NCBI GenBank assembly: GCA_038323835.1 | Contig: JBBQHI010000018.1 | Coordinates: 3,581-67,580, forward strand | Direction: 5' to 3' | DNA from: Solirubrobacterales bacterium | GTDB lineage: Bacteria > Actinomycetota > Thermoleophilia > Solirubrobacterales > Thermoleophilaceae | DNA: 64,000 nt | Shown here: one piece after another, positions 1 to 10,577 of the stretch | Layout of the letters: each line of letters opens with the position of its first letter | How positions within the stretch are numbered: position 1 is the stretch's first letter | Notes under the pieces: generated by a model | Seen by the model: only the letters and a program-made list of their open reading frames with translations | Told to the model about the DNA's origin: nothing | The model's database searches: none | Made by a program: the position numbers and the translations under genes

Positions 1-683
1 GGCTCGCGGCCGTGGTGGAGGCCGTGCTGGCACTCGATCCCCTGCCCGGGGCCGTGTTGGTCACCGGTGACCTGACGGAGAACGGCGCCGCGTCGGAGTA
101 CGAGCGCGTGCGAGACCTCCTCGCCCCCCTGCCGATGCCGGCCCACATGCTCCCAGGCAACCACGATGACCGGGCCGCGATGAGCGCTCACTTTCCCGGT
201 GGATCGGGAGCCGAGGAGTGGAGCTACGCCGCACCGCTGGGCCCCCTGCGTCTCGTGGCCTGTGACACCACCGTGCCCGGCCAGGACGGCGGGTCACTGG
301 ACGCGGAGCGCCTCGCCTGGCTGGCCGGCGAGCTCGAGCGCGACCGCGACATGCCGACGCTGCTGGCCATGCACCATCCTCCGATCTCGATCGGGGTCCA
401 TGCCCTCGACGAAATCGGGCTCCCCACCGCGCACAGCGCGGCCGTCGGCCGGCTGCTCGAGGAGCACCCTCAGGTTGCGCGCGTGGTGACGGGCCACGTG
501 CACACGGCGGCAGTCGGCCAGATCGGCGGCTGCGGGGTCTTCACGTGCCCCAGCACCTTCCGTCCCGCCGAGCTGAACCTCGGCGAGGCGCGACCCATCG
601 ACCTGGGAGAGGGACCGCCCTGCTACGCCCTCCACCTCCTCCGCGACGAGGGGCTGATCTCACACGTGCGCCCCGTGGGCTAG
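1..683 (+). CDS. calcineurin-like metallophosphoesterase (phosphodiesterase type), N-terminus outside window
   Basis: ORF 12..683 stays open to the window edge. GDLTENG, GNHDD, MHHPP and GHVH match metallophosphoesterase motifs II-V. Motif I (DxH) is missing, so the start lies upstream of the window. Confidence 0.8.
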   Translation, partial: LAAVVEAVLALDPLPGAVLVTGDLTENGAASEYERVRDLLAPLPMPAHMLPGNHDDRAAMSAHFPGGSGAEEWSYAAPLGPLRLVACDTTVPGQDGGSLDAERLAWLAGELERDRDMPTLLAMHHPPISIGVHALDEIGLPTAHSAAVGRLLEEHPQVARVVTGHVHTAAVGQIGGCGVFTCPSTFRPAELNLGEARPIDLGEGPPCYALHLLRDEGLISHVRPVG

Positions 684-1621
684 CGGCGCTGACGGCGGCG
701 CATGTGCAGGCGGACGACGTTCCCGCCGGCGAAGGTCCGGACCTGCACGAGGTCACAGATCTGGTTGGCCAGCCAGAGGCCGTGGCCGCCCATCTGGCCC
801 ACTCCCGGGCGCACCCGGCCAACGAGCGGATCCTCGATGTGGCCCGTGTCGTGGATCTCGCAGAGCAGCGCGTCATCCGTCTGCCATAGGCGGATGATCC
901 CGCCGCCGCCGCCGTGACGAACGCTGTTGGTGGCCACCTCGTTCGCGGCGAGCACGAGGCCGTCGCGGTTGCGGTCCGAGAGCCCGGCCGCCACCGCCTC
1001 TCGGGTCACGAAGGCACGGAGGGCGGCCAGCGTCGTGGCCTGGAAGACGACACCCCGGGGCTCGGTTTCGGGCTCCGGCAGTGGCTCGGCGAACGGAGCG
1101 GCCACCTCATCCAGCTCGCGGAAGAGATCGCTCACCTCCGGGCCGTGGCCGTTCACCACGATGGGGTGGCTCCGGAGGGCCTCCTCGATCACGGCGGGGT
1201 CGAGCGCCTCCGTGTCGTACGGGCAGAGCAGCCGGAAGCTCGGCGTGCCGGCGAACGCGAGGTTGAGCAGCGACTCGTGGCGCTGGCACTCCACCAGCTC
1301 CGCCGACGTCCGATCGGGCCAGATCGGCTCGCCGATACCCCTAACGGGGCGCCCGCCGCCGGAGTGCTTGTCCACGAACTCGCGCCACGCCGGGATGATG
1401 CAGGCCGGGTTGGCGCCGACCGCCGCCATGTCCGCGAAATGGACACCCTCGGCGTGACCGTTCAGCTCGGAGCGCAGGGCGCGGAGCCTGTCGGCGTTCA
1501 GCACGACGAGTGCGGGCTCACCCGCCTCCACACCCTCTTTCAGGAACGGCACCATCCGTTCCAGAAACTCAACCTCTCCGGCATACATAACCGCCTCATG
1601 CCGAAAGTCTTCTTCTCTCAT
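680..1621 (-). CDS. MEDS-like sensory domain fused to an RsbW/SpoIIAB-type HATPase (anti-sigma regulatory kinase-like)
   Basis: Last 313 codons of ORF 680..3877, starting at ATG 1621 (MREEDF). The C-terminal strings NEVATNSVRHGGG and GHGLWLANQ are typical of RsbW-like ATPases. The N-terminal half resembles a MEDS domain. Confidence 0.75.
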   Translation of the reverse strand: MREEDFRHEAVMYAGEVEFLERMVPFLKEGVEAGEPALVVLNADRLRALRSELNGHAEGVHFADMAAVGANPACIIPAWREFVDKHSGGGRPVRGIGEPIWPDRTSAELVECQRHESLLNLAFAGTPSFRLLCPYDTEALDPAVIEEALRSHPIVVNGHGPEVSDLFRELDEVAAPFAEPLPEPETEPRGVVFQATTLAALRAFVTREAVAAGLSDRNRDGLVLAANEVATNSVRHGGGGGIIRLWQTDDALLCEIHDTGHIEDPLVGRVRPGVGQMGGHGLWLANQICDLVQVRTFAGGNVVRLHMRRRQRR

Positions 1622-1755
1622 CCCGTGTCTGAGGGTACCTCCTGTCGGCCAGTCGTCAACCGGCTTTCCGTCCGCGGCTGCTGCATTCGCCGTAAGTCGT
1701 GCGACTGGCCCACCCCATAGGGGGGACAAGGTGGCGGGAAGCGCCGCGCGGCGGC

Positions 1756-3753
1756 TCAGGGCGCCGGCAGAGCGAGCGCCGCGCCTCCGACGCGCGCGTG
1801 TGCGAAACGCGAGCGCTGGTTCCACGAGACGCTCACCCGGACCTTCGCGCCGCCCGGCAAATTGACCGACAGCGTGCCGGACGCCGCGCCCGTCGAGGGG
1901 CGCCACGAGGCCGTGCCGCCCACGGTCGCGTCGCGCACGAAGCGAACCCGGCCCAGGTGGAAGCGCACGGGGCCGTCGCCTCGTGCCGTGAAGCCTCCGC
2001 CCCGGAGCCCGGGACCGTGCGTCGCGCCCGAGTAGAAGTGCCGGGCCGTCGCGTCGGCCAGCGCGGCGGCGGCCACCGTGGCCGCCCTGCGCGCTCCGGC
2101 TCCCGGATCGGGTCCGGACACGAGCGTGGCGGCGCCGGCCTGCGCAAGCCTCAGCGGATAGGCGCCTGGCGTGTGCACCGGCGGCACTGCAGCCGTGCAG
2201 CTCGAGTCCAGCGTGGCCATCGCCCCGGGCGCACGCAGGAAGGTGCGGATGATTCTCCTCACGCACCGGGTCCCGTTGAGAAGAGGCGTGTACCCCTGGG
2301 AGTCCACGTGCACCGTGTTGGGCACGGTGATCACCCGCGTGTTGGCCCCCAGGCCGGGCACGAACAGGGGGGCGTCGGTCACCGGGGTGAGCGAGTCGAG
2401 ATCGCCCCCCACCACGAGCAGCGGGACGGAGGCGGGCAGCGGGGTCGATGCCGGGTCCGCGACGGGCGCCACGTGGGTGGGCCGGGGCCAGTCGAGGCAT
2501 GCCTGATAGGGCTCCGAGTAGGCGCTCATCGTGAACCACTCGCGGGCGGTGAACGGGGTGAACGCGCCTGGAGGCGGGGAGAGCAGCCGCGCGGCCAGTT
2601 GCTCCCGGCGCTGCGACGGCGTGGACCGCATCGAGAAGAGCTGCGGGTAGTCCATGCAGCTGACGGCGAAGTAGAGCCCGTTCGAGAAATAGTCCGCCGG
2701 GCTCGCGCCGTGCAGGTAGCTCTGGGTCTGGGCCACGAGGCGCAGTAGCGGAGCGTCGTCGCCGGCGAGCGCGGCGCGAACCGACGCGTCCAGCTCCCGG
2801 TAGATGTTGGGCTCGGAGGCCGCGTCCTGAACCATGTCCACCGCGGCGCGCACGTCCACCCGGGCGCGCACGCGGGTGCCGTCGGAGTCGCGCGTGGCGC
2901 CCGTGATCGGGGCCTGCCGCAGGCGACCGACGAGCTGGCCGAGCCGCGCCGTCGCGCTCCCCGGGGCGGCCGCCGAACAGCCGGCGTCGCGCTCGCACAC
3001 GGCATCGAAGGCGCGGCGCGCCACCTCCCCCGACGATGCGTACCAGGGGTCGAGTCCGCGAACCGGGTAGGCGGAGTCGAGCAGTACCGAGTTCAGGCGC
3101 TTGCGGTAGCGCGAAATGTAGGACTGCACGAACCAGGTGCCGTAGGAGTCGCCGTAGAGGTCGATGCGCCTCAGGCGCAGGCGCCGGAGTACCGCCTCCA
3201 GGTCCCCCACCGCGTAGGCCGTGGCGAAGAGGTCGGCCGCGTGGACCGCGGGGCGTCCGGGGCGGCCATAGTGACGCTCGATCGCCCGGGCGCAGCCGGC
3301 CACGAGCCCGGGGAAACCGGGCCCGGAGCTCACCCCCGTGTAGCGCTGTAGGCGACGGCAGTGGATGAGCGCGGACATGCCCGTGCCGCGGTTGTCCACG
3401 AGCAGCAGGTCGCGCTTGCGCAGGAGCGGGCCGAAGATCCCGCGGTACTCGACGCGCGTGCCCGTGGACGGATACCCGGGCCCGCCCTCGACCGCGACCA
3501 GTGGAGGCGCTTTCGTGGGCCCGTCCTTGGCGGGGAGCCATCGGAACCCGATGCGGATGTGCGGGCCGGCGGGGCGCGCCGGATCGAGGCGGCGCCTGAT
3601 CTCGCCGCACATCCATCGCGTGCCGTCCGGGCACGGCCGCAGCACGAGCGCGCCCACCTTCATGCGCTGGGCGGGCGCCGCGCCGGCGGGCGGGGCCGCG
3701 AGCGCGGCGAACGCGACGCAGGTCAGGAACGCGGCGAGCGAACGGGTGCGCAT
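1756..3753 (-). CDS. secreted alpha/beta hydrolase, S33 tripeptidyl-aminopeptidase-like
   Basis: ORF 1756..3753 has a signal peptide (MRTRSLAAFLTCVAFAALAAPPAGA) and a GDSYGT nucleophile elbow. Its length and C-terminal domain resemble TAP-type hydrolases. Confidence 0.8.
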   Translation of the reverse strand: MRTRSLAAFLTCVAFAALAAPPAGAAPAQRMKVGALVLRPCPDGTRWMCGEIRRRLDPARPAGPHIRIGFRWLPAKDGPTKAPPLVAVEGGPGYPSTGTRVEYRGIFGPLLRKRDLLLVDNRGTGMSALIHCRRLQRYTGVSSGPGFPGLVAGCARAIERHYGRPGRPAVHAADLFATAYAVGDLEAVLRRLRLRRIDLYGDSYGTWFVQSYISRYRKRLNSVLLDSAYPVRGLDPWYASSGEVARRAFDAVCERDAGCSAAAPGSATARLGQLVGRLRQAPITGATRDSDGTRVRARVDVRAAVDMVQDAASEPNIYRELDASVRAALAGDDAPLLRLVAQTQSYLHGASPADYFSNGLYFAVSCMDYPQLFSMRSTPSQRREQLAARLLSPPPGAFTPFTAREWFTMSAYSEPYQACLDWPRPTHVAPVADPASTPLPASVPLLVVGGDLDSLTPVTDAPLFVPGLGANTRVITVPNTVHVDSQGYTPLLNGTRCVRRIIRTFLRAPGAMATLDSSCTAAVPPVHTPGAYPLRLAQAGAATLVSGPDPGAGARRAATVAAAALADATARHFYSGATHGPGLRGGGFTARGDGPVRFHLGRVRFVRDATVGGTASWRPSTGAASGTLSVNLPGGAKVRVSVSWNQRSRFAHARVGGAALALPAP

Positions 3754-3792
3754 GGGCTCGTAGTGTCGCCCACGGGAGCCCGGGCATGCAAA

Positions 3793-3821
3793 GGGCCGGC
3801 GGCGCGTGGCGCCGCCGGCCC
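3793..3821 (-). terminator. perfect 13-bp GC-only hairpin downstream of yceI
   Basis: GGGCCGGCGGCGC gtg GCGCCGCCGGCCC read directly from the sequence. No U-tract follows. Confidence 0.3.
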
Positions 3822-3852
3822 CTCGCCGGACTCGCGGATGTGCTCTGCGGAA

Positions 3853-3873
3853 GCACCCGGCTCGGCCGGGTGC
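3853..3873 (-). terminator. candidate intrinsic terminator of yceI
   Basis: 9-bp stem GCACCCGGC / GCCGGGTGC with a 3-nt loop, 20 nt after the yceI stop. It is followed by TTCC on the minus strand. Confidence 0.4.
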
Positions 3874-3892
3874 GCACCGATGTGTCTTCCTC

Positions 3893-4453
3893 TTACGCCT
3901 TCTTGACGGCGGAGATGTCGAGCGCGAGCTTCACCTTGTCCGACACCAGCACGTTGCCGCTGCCGAGTGCCTGGTTGAAGGTCATGCCGTAGTCACCGCG
4001 GTTGAGCTGGCCGGTGACCTCGAGGCCAACGCGCTCGTTGCCCCACGGATCCTCCTCGGTGCCCGTGACCTCGGCCTTCAGCGTGATCTCGCGGGTCACG
4101 CCGTGAAGCCTGAGGTCCCCCGTGATCTCGAACGTCTTGTCGTCCACCGGGACGATGGCCTTCGACTCGAACGTGATGTGCTCGTACTGCTCGGCATCGA
4201 AGAAGTCGGCGGAGCGGAGGTGGTCGTCGCGCTTGTCCTCGCTGGTGTTCACCGAGGCGACCTTGACCAGACCGGTGGCCCTGACCTCGCCCTGGCCCTC
4301 GCCCACGTGGAGGGAGCCCTCGAACTCGGCGAAGTGGCCGCGTACGGTGGCGATGCCCAGGTGCTTGACCTGAAACTCCACGCGAGAGTGAGAGGGGTCG
4401 ACGTTCCAGGTGCCGGTGGGTACCGCGGTGGTGACGGGGGTGATGGTGCTCAT
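3893..4453 (-). CDS. yceI: YceI family polyisoprenoid-binding protein
   Basis: ORF 3893..4453. WNVDPSHSRVEFQVKHLGIATVRGHF is the canonical YceI N-terminal signature. Confidence 0.9.
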   Translation of the reverse strand: MSTITPVTTAVPTGTWNVDPSHSRVEFQVKHLGIATVRGHFAEFEGSLHVGEGQGEVRATGLVKVASVNTSEDKRDDHLRSADFFDAEQYEHITFESKAIVPVDDKTFEITGDLRLHGVTREITLKAEVTGTEEDPWGNERVGLEVTGQLNRGDYGMTFNQALGSGNVLVSDKVKLALDISAVKKA

Positions 4454-4480
4454 TGGGATCTCCTGTCGAAGTTGGTGTGC

Positions 4481-4511
4481 TTGCTAGCGCAAACTTGTTA
4501 GCGCAAGCGTA
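4481..4511. promoter_or_regulatory. candidate MarR operator (two tandem copies of a TTGYTAGCGCAA-type motif) upstream of yceI
   Basis: TTGCTAGCGCAA at 4481..4492 and TTGTTAGCGCAAGCGTA at 4495..4511. The latter matches 5125..5141 at 16 of 17 positions. Confidence 0.45.
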
Positions 4512-4605
4512 GCACTCAATCGTTGCGCGCGCAAGCTTGCGCACGCAAACACTTCGTCGGGGTGGGGGCGCGCAGGTGGAGGGCGCCCGGCGGCGGGGAA
4601 GCCGC

Positions 4606-5121
4606 TCAGGTGCAGGCGGATGCGGCGCCCGGCGCGAAGCGGGAGAAGATCGAGGCCAGCGCCTCCACCTCTCCCGGCTCCAGCCGGTCGAAGAACCGCT
4701 CTTCCACACCGGCGAAGTGCGTCGCCTGGGCGGCGCGCAGAAGCTCCAGCCCGGTATCGGTGAGGAACGCGTTCTTGGCCCGGGCGTCAGACGGGCACGG
4801 CCGGCGCTCCACGAGACTGCGCGCCTCGAGCATGTCCGTGATGCGGGACACCCGGCTCACGCTGAGCCCGGCGCGGCCGGCGAGCTCCGTGAGGCGGAGC
4901 ATCCGCCCCTCCGCGGCCGCGAGCCGGCCGAGCAGCTCCACCCCGCTGAGGCTGAGGCCGAACTCGGCCTCCAGCTCTGACTCGAGCTCTCGTGTCAGCC
5001 GCTTGTGAGCCTCGAGCATCCCGATCCACGCATCCGCGTGGGTGTCCGACCACGACCTGATGCCGTCGTCACCGACGAGGGTGCGACACGTGGTGACGGT
5101 TTCTTCCCGATTAGCGGCCAT
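4606..5121 (-). CDS. MarR family transcriptional regulator
   Basis: ORF 4606..5121. It has a winged-helix core ([60 protein letters not shown]). Confidence 0.85.
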   Translation of the reverse strand: MAANREETVTTCRTLVGDDGIRSWSDTHADAWIGMLEAHKRLTRELESELEAEFGLSLSGVELLGRLAAAEGRMLRLTELAGRAGLSVSRVSRITDMLEARSLVERRPCPSDARAKNAFLTDTGLELLRAAQATHFAGVEERFFDRLEPGEVEALASIFSRFAPGAASACT

Positions 5122-5124
5122 TTA

Positions 5125-5141
5125 TTGCTAGCGCAAGCGTA
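5125..5141. promoter_or_regulatory. candidate MarR operator in the marR/ettA divergent region
   Basis: TTGCTAGCGCAAGCGTA lies 4 nt upstream of the marR start and repeats the motif at 4495..4511. Confidence 0.45.
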
Positions 5142-5210
5142 CTCGCGAAACCCTCGGCCTGTCCACACATCAGCGGCCGGCGCGCAGAGGCCTCTAAGGT
5201 GGCCCGCTGC

Positions 5211-6866
<1,656 letters not shown>

Positions 6867-7736
6867 CTAAGCGCGCGGCACGTCGGCGAGGAGGGCCTCG
6901 GCCACGCGCTCAGGCGCCTCGAGCTGTGGCCAGTGGGACACGTCCTCGAGAGCCGTGAGGGGAGCGCTCGGAAGGCGCTCGCGGATCCGCTCCGCCATGT
7001 GGGCGCCGGACACAGGATCGAGCATTCCCCACACGAAGGCGGTGGGAACGCCGGTGGACTCGAGCGCGCCCGACCAGCGCTCGGCGTGATCCTGGCGGTC
7101 CACGAGGTAGCGGATCAGCCGGTACGAGATCATCTGGCCGCCGCCCCGGCTCATAGACCGCCAAATGGTGGTGGCGTCCTCGGTCTCGTCGTAGTCGTCC
7201 GCGAACGTCGGCGCCAGGCCCATCACGAACAGCTCCTCGGTGGAGGCGGCGCTGATCAGCGGCCCCTGCTCAGGGTCCAAAAGGGCGAGCTGGATCGGCT
7301 GGGGCCGGTGCACGTCGGGGTAGAGGCCCCCGTTCAACAGGTGAAGGGCCTCGATCTCCACCGCCAGGCCACCCTCCGCGCGCCGCGCCAGCAGCTCCTG
7401 GGCCACCGAGACGGCGTAGTCGTGGGCCACCACCATGGTCGACTCGATTCCCTCGCGCGCCCACAGGGCCTCGACCAGATCGGCCTGCTCGTGGATCGAG
7501 TAGTCGTGCTCGGCCGGCTTGTCGGAAGCTCCGAATCCGAGGAAGTCCGGGGCAAGGAGGCTGTGGCGCGCGGCCAGTGCCGGCGCCACCTTGTGCCAGT
7601 CGTGCGAGGAGCTGGGAAAGCCGTGGAGGAGGGTCATCGCCGGACCCGACCCGGAGCGGTGGGCGAAGACGGAGCGGGGCACGCCGCGCAGCTCGAGCTC
7701 CACCCGCTCGCCCTCCGACCACCAGTCCTCGATCAC
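6867..7736 (-). CDS. alpha/beta hydrolase (epoxide hydrolase / haloalkane dehalogenase-like)
   Basis: ORF 6867..7736. It has HGFPSSSHDW and a VAHDYAV Asp-nucleophile elbow. Confidence 0.85.
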   Translation of the reverse strand: MIEDWWSEGERVELELRGVPRSVFAHRSGSGPAMTLLHGFPSSSHDWHKVAPALAARHSLLAPDFLGFGASDKPAEHDYSIHEQADLVEALWAREGIESTMVVAHDYAVSVAQELLARRAEGGLAVEIEALHLLNGGLYPDVHRPQPIQLALLDPEQGPLISAASTEELFVMGLAPTFADDYDETEDATTIWRSMSRGGGQMISYRLIRYLVDRQDHAERWSGALESTGVPTAFVWGMLDPVSGAHMAERIRERLPSAPLTALEDVSHWPQLEAPERVAEALLADVPRA

Positions 7737-7761
7737 GAGCTCAGGGGCTCGAGCCCGGTGC

Positions 7762-10044
7762 TCAGCCGCCGTTGGAGGCGGCGGCGTACGTGCGGTTGGG
7801 CTCGCCGCGGAGGGCGGTGGCGCCCGGCAGCGGAGTGCCCTTCGCGGTGGCGCGCGAGAGCACCGGCAGCACCAGGCTCGACGCGTGGACGCCGCCCAGG
7901 CTGATCGTGTTCTTCGTGGTGCCCTTGTCCACGGTGGCGAAGGCCCAGCGGGGGCGGTCGCCGCCCGTGGCCGAGACCGTCACCCGGATCCGCGAGCCCG
8001 CCCGGAAGGCGTGGGCCACACCGAAGATCGGCACCCGCACCAACGAATACCTGCCCTTTGGAAGCGGCGCGGCGTCACGCTCGAGATGGGTGGGGAAGGA
8101 GTCGAGCGCGGTGGAGAGGCGCGGGTTCAGCTTCCGGTGCGACGCGCGCAGCCAGCCGTTCTGGACGTAGGTCTCGTTGCCGTCGGGCCTGACCTCGCTG
8201 AGCGTGACCTGGAAGTCGGTGTCCTTCGCGGAGGACTTGACATAGAGGTCGAGGCTGGAGGGGCCGGCGATGACGGTGTCCTTGGCCAGCGCGCCGGTGA
8301 TCCAGCCGAGGCCCTTGCCCGCGGCCAGCGGAGCCCAGTTGTAGGGCGGCTGTGCCTTCCAGGCGTCCTCGGCCCCGTTGCCCGCGAGCGTCTGGCGCGG
8401 ACGGGCGTTCGGATCGGCCGTGTAGCCGGCCGAGCCCGACTTGGACGGCTTCGCGCCCAGCGAGCCGCTGGCGCCGAGGAAGTAGCGCGTAACCCTGGCC
8501 TGCTTGGGCGGCCAGGCGCTGTAATCGAGCTCCCACGTGGAGCCGATCGAGCCCGCGCCCTGAGGCCCGGCGCCGTTGTCGAACAGGAGGCGGACGTGCG
8601 GGTCCTTCTCGAAGTCCGCCTTGGCGGCGGCGACGCTCGTGTAGTTCACGTAGCGCGACTGCTCGACCGGTGCCGCGCCGGCGTCGGCGAGGTAGTTGTA
8701 GAGCACGCCGCTGAGGCTGATCACGGAGCCGGGAAGGCTCGGGATCTCGTCCGCCACATAGAGCTTCAGGAACTCGGCCCAGCGGGTGATCGTCTTCGGC
8801 CCCAGCGAGTCGGCGTGCACGCCGTTCTGAAGCGAGAGGTACACGTTCGGCTTCCCGTTCAGGTACCTGAGCGCCTCGGCGAAGTGCCCGCTCGTCTGCT
8901 CGTCCTGGAACTGGCCGACGAGGAAGATCGGCACCTTCGCCCGCTTCAGCCACGCCCCGGGAGCGCGGTGCGCGAACAGCGACGGCGTGCGGAACGGGTT
9001 CTCCCTCTGAAGCTGGAGCGCGTCCTGGGTCTGGAGCCGGAGCTTCTGATTGGCGATGCAGTGCTTGTCGCCCATCTTCGTGAGCTCACGCGCCCAGGGC
9101 TGACCGCCCTCTGGCGCCGGCTTGGCGTCGTCCATGCGCTCCTGGATCCAGGACTGCGCGAATCCGGAGTTGAAGATCCCGCCGGGATAGCCCGTGCCGG
9201 TGTAGATGTCATCGGTGACCGACATCGGGGTCACGGCCGCCAGGTGCGGGGGCCGCGTGCCCGCGGTGAAGAGCTGCGTGATGCCGGAGAAGGAGATGCC
9301 GCCCATCCCGACCTTGCCGCCCCTGACCCAGCTCTGTGCTGCCACCGTCTCCACCGCGTCGTAGCCGTCGAAGGTGGTCGGGTAGTCGAAGAGGTCGAAG
9401 GCGCCACCGGAGCATCCGGAGCCGCGCATCTGGACGCTGACCACGGCGAAGCCGATGAGCGGGGCGATCAGCGACCCCACGGCGGTCGAGGTGGCCGGCG
9501 CCAGCGGGTCGGCGGGAGCGCCACTGCCGCTGAGCGAGTCGATCACCGACTGCAGGAGGTCGTGGGGCGCGGCGGTCTGGTAGCCGGAGTACTCGATGAT
9601 CGTCGGGAAGGGCCCGTCGGCCAGCGTCTTGCCCTGGGGCAGGCGGACCGTCATCGCGATCTCCACTCCGTCGCGCACGCGCACGTAGTTGAGGCCTTGC
9701 TTGAGCTTCTTGCGCTTGTAGAACGCCCGTCGCGGATTGTGGCCGGGGCGAAGGACCCTGAAGGCCCTCGTGCGCTTCGCTCCGGCGCGCAGGACGTACC
9801 CGGGACCGGGCTTCAGCTCGCGGAAGATCCTGCTCCCGAAGGAGTCGGCGGCGCCCGCGTCGATCACGCGGCCGTGCCTGAGGAGCTGGAGGTGCTGCCC
9901 CTTCTTGGCTCCGAGCACGTACGCCTGCTCGATGCTGCCGCGGGCCTTGACCGCGGCGCCGGCCGCGGGTGCCGCGGCGGCGAAGGCGGCCAGCAGCGCG
10001 ACCACGCTCAGCACGAAAGCACTGACCGTACGAGGGCGGCGCAT
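7762..10044 (-). CDS. secreted CocE/NonD family hydrolase (S15 X-Pro dipeptidyl-peptidase-like)
   Basis: ORF 7762..10044 has a signal peptide, FPTIIEYSGYQ and GISFSGITQ strings, and a large C-terminal domain. Confidence 0.8.
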   Translation of the reverse strand: MRRPRTVSAFVLSVVALLAAFAAAAPAAGAAVKARGSIEQAYVLGAKKGQHLQLLRHGRVIDAGAADSFGSRIFRELKPGPGYVLRAGAKRTRAFRVLRPGHNPRRAFYKRKKLKQGLNYVRVRDGVEIAMTVRLPQGKTLADGPFPTIIEYSGYQTAAPHDLLQSVIDSLSGSGAPADPLAPATSTAVGSLIAPLIGFAVVSVQMRGSGCSGGAFDLFDYPTTFDGYDAVETVAAQSWVRGGKVGMGGISFSGITQLFTAGTRPPHLAAVTPMSVTDDIYTGTGYPGGIFNSGFAQSWIQERMDDAKPAPEGGQPWARELTKMGDKHCIANQKLRLQTQDALQLQRENPFRTPSLFAHRAPGAWLKRAKVPIFLVGQFQDEQTSGHFAEALRYLNGKPNVYLSLQNGVHADSLGPKTITRWAEFLKLYVADEIPSLPGSVISLSGVLYNYLADAGAAPVEQSRYVNYTSVAAAKADFEKDPHVRLLFDNGAGPQGAGSIGSTWELDYSAWPPKQARVTRYFLGASGSLGAKPSKSGSAGYTADPNARPRQTLAGNGAEDAWKAQPPYNWAPLAAGKGLGWITGALAKDTVIAGPSSLDLYVKSSAKDTDFQVTLSEVRPDGNETYVQNGWLRASHRKLNPRLSTALDSFPTHLERDAAPLPKGRYSLVRVPIFGVAHAFRAGSRIRVTVSATGGDRPRWAFATVDKGTTKNTISLGGVHASSLVLPVLSRATAKGTPLPGATALRGEPNRTYAAASNGG

Positions 10045-10104
10045 CGAGGGCGCCAGGGCTGCGGGCGGGGACGGCAGGAGGCGCAGGCTATCCGAATGGC
10101 GCGG

Positions 10105-10572
10105 TCAGGACGCCGATGGTTCGACGATCAGATCCATCAGAAGGCTGTCGTTCCAGCCGCCGGCGGGGTTGCGCTCGTAGGCCCGCAGTACGCCGACCGG
10201 CTCGAAGCCCGCTCCGGCATACGCGCGGATGGCGCGCTCGTTGTCCACGTTGGGATCGATGGTGAACCGGTGATGGCCCTTCGCGGCGAAGTGCTCGATA
10301 GCCAGCCGGAGCGCGCGCCGGCCGTAGCCGGCCCCGTGCAGCGAGGTGGTGAGGGAGATGTCGAGGGCCACGCTCGGGAACCACTCGTAGGTCTCCTCCT
10401 CGTACTGGATCCAGCCGGCGAAACGGCCGTCGACCTCGATCACCCAGCCGTGCTCGTGCTCATACTCGCCGTCGGCCCACCAGCGCTTCACCTCCGGCTC
10501 CGCGAGCAGCGCCGCAAGGGTCTCCCGGTCCGCCCGCTCCGGAGAGCGGAACGAGAGCTCGCCGTCGCGCAC
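10105..10572 (-). CDS. GNAT family N-acetyltransferase
   Basis: GTG 10572 lies 5 nt after the upstream stop. HGAGYGRRALRLAIEHF is the acetyl-CoA motif. The N-terminal 34 codons of ORF 10105..10674 look non-coding. Confidence 0.8.
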   Translation of the reverse strand: MRDGELSFRSPERADRETLAALLAEPEVKRWWADGEYEHEHGWVIEVDGRFAGWIQYEEETYEWFPSVALDISLTTSLHGAGYGRRALRLAIEHFAAKGHHRFTIDPNVDNERAIRAYAGAGFEPVGVLRAYERNPAGGWNDSLLMDLIVEPSAS

Positions 10573-10577
10573 GCACG

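Noticed and set aside
1622-3877. Upstream 750 codons of the 1065-aa ORF 680..3877
   Set aside because: The sequence is Arg/Ala/Gly/Pro-rich low complexity. It is fully overlapped by the convincing hydrolase gene 1756..3753 in another frame. Only the last 313 codons, from ATG 1621, look like a real protein.
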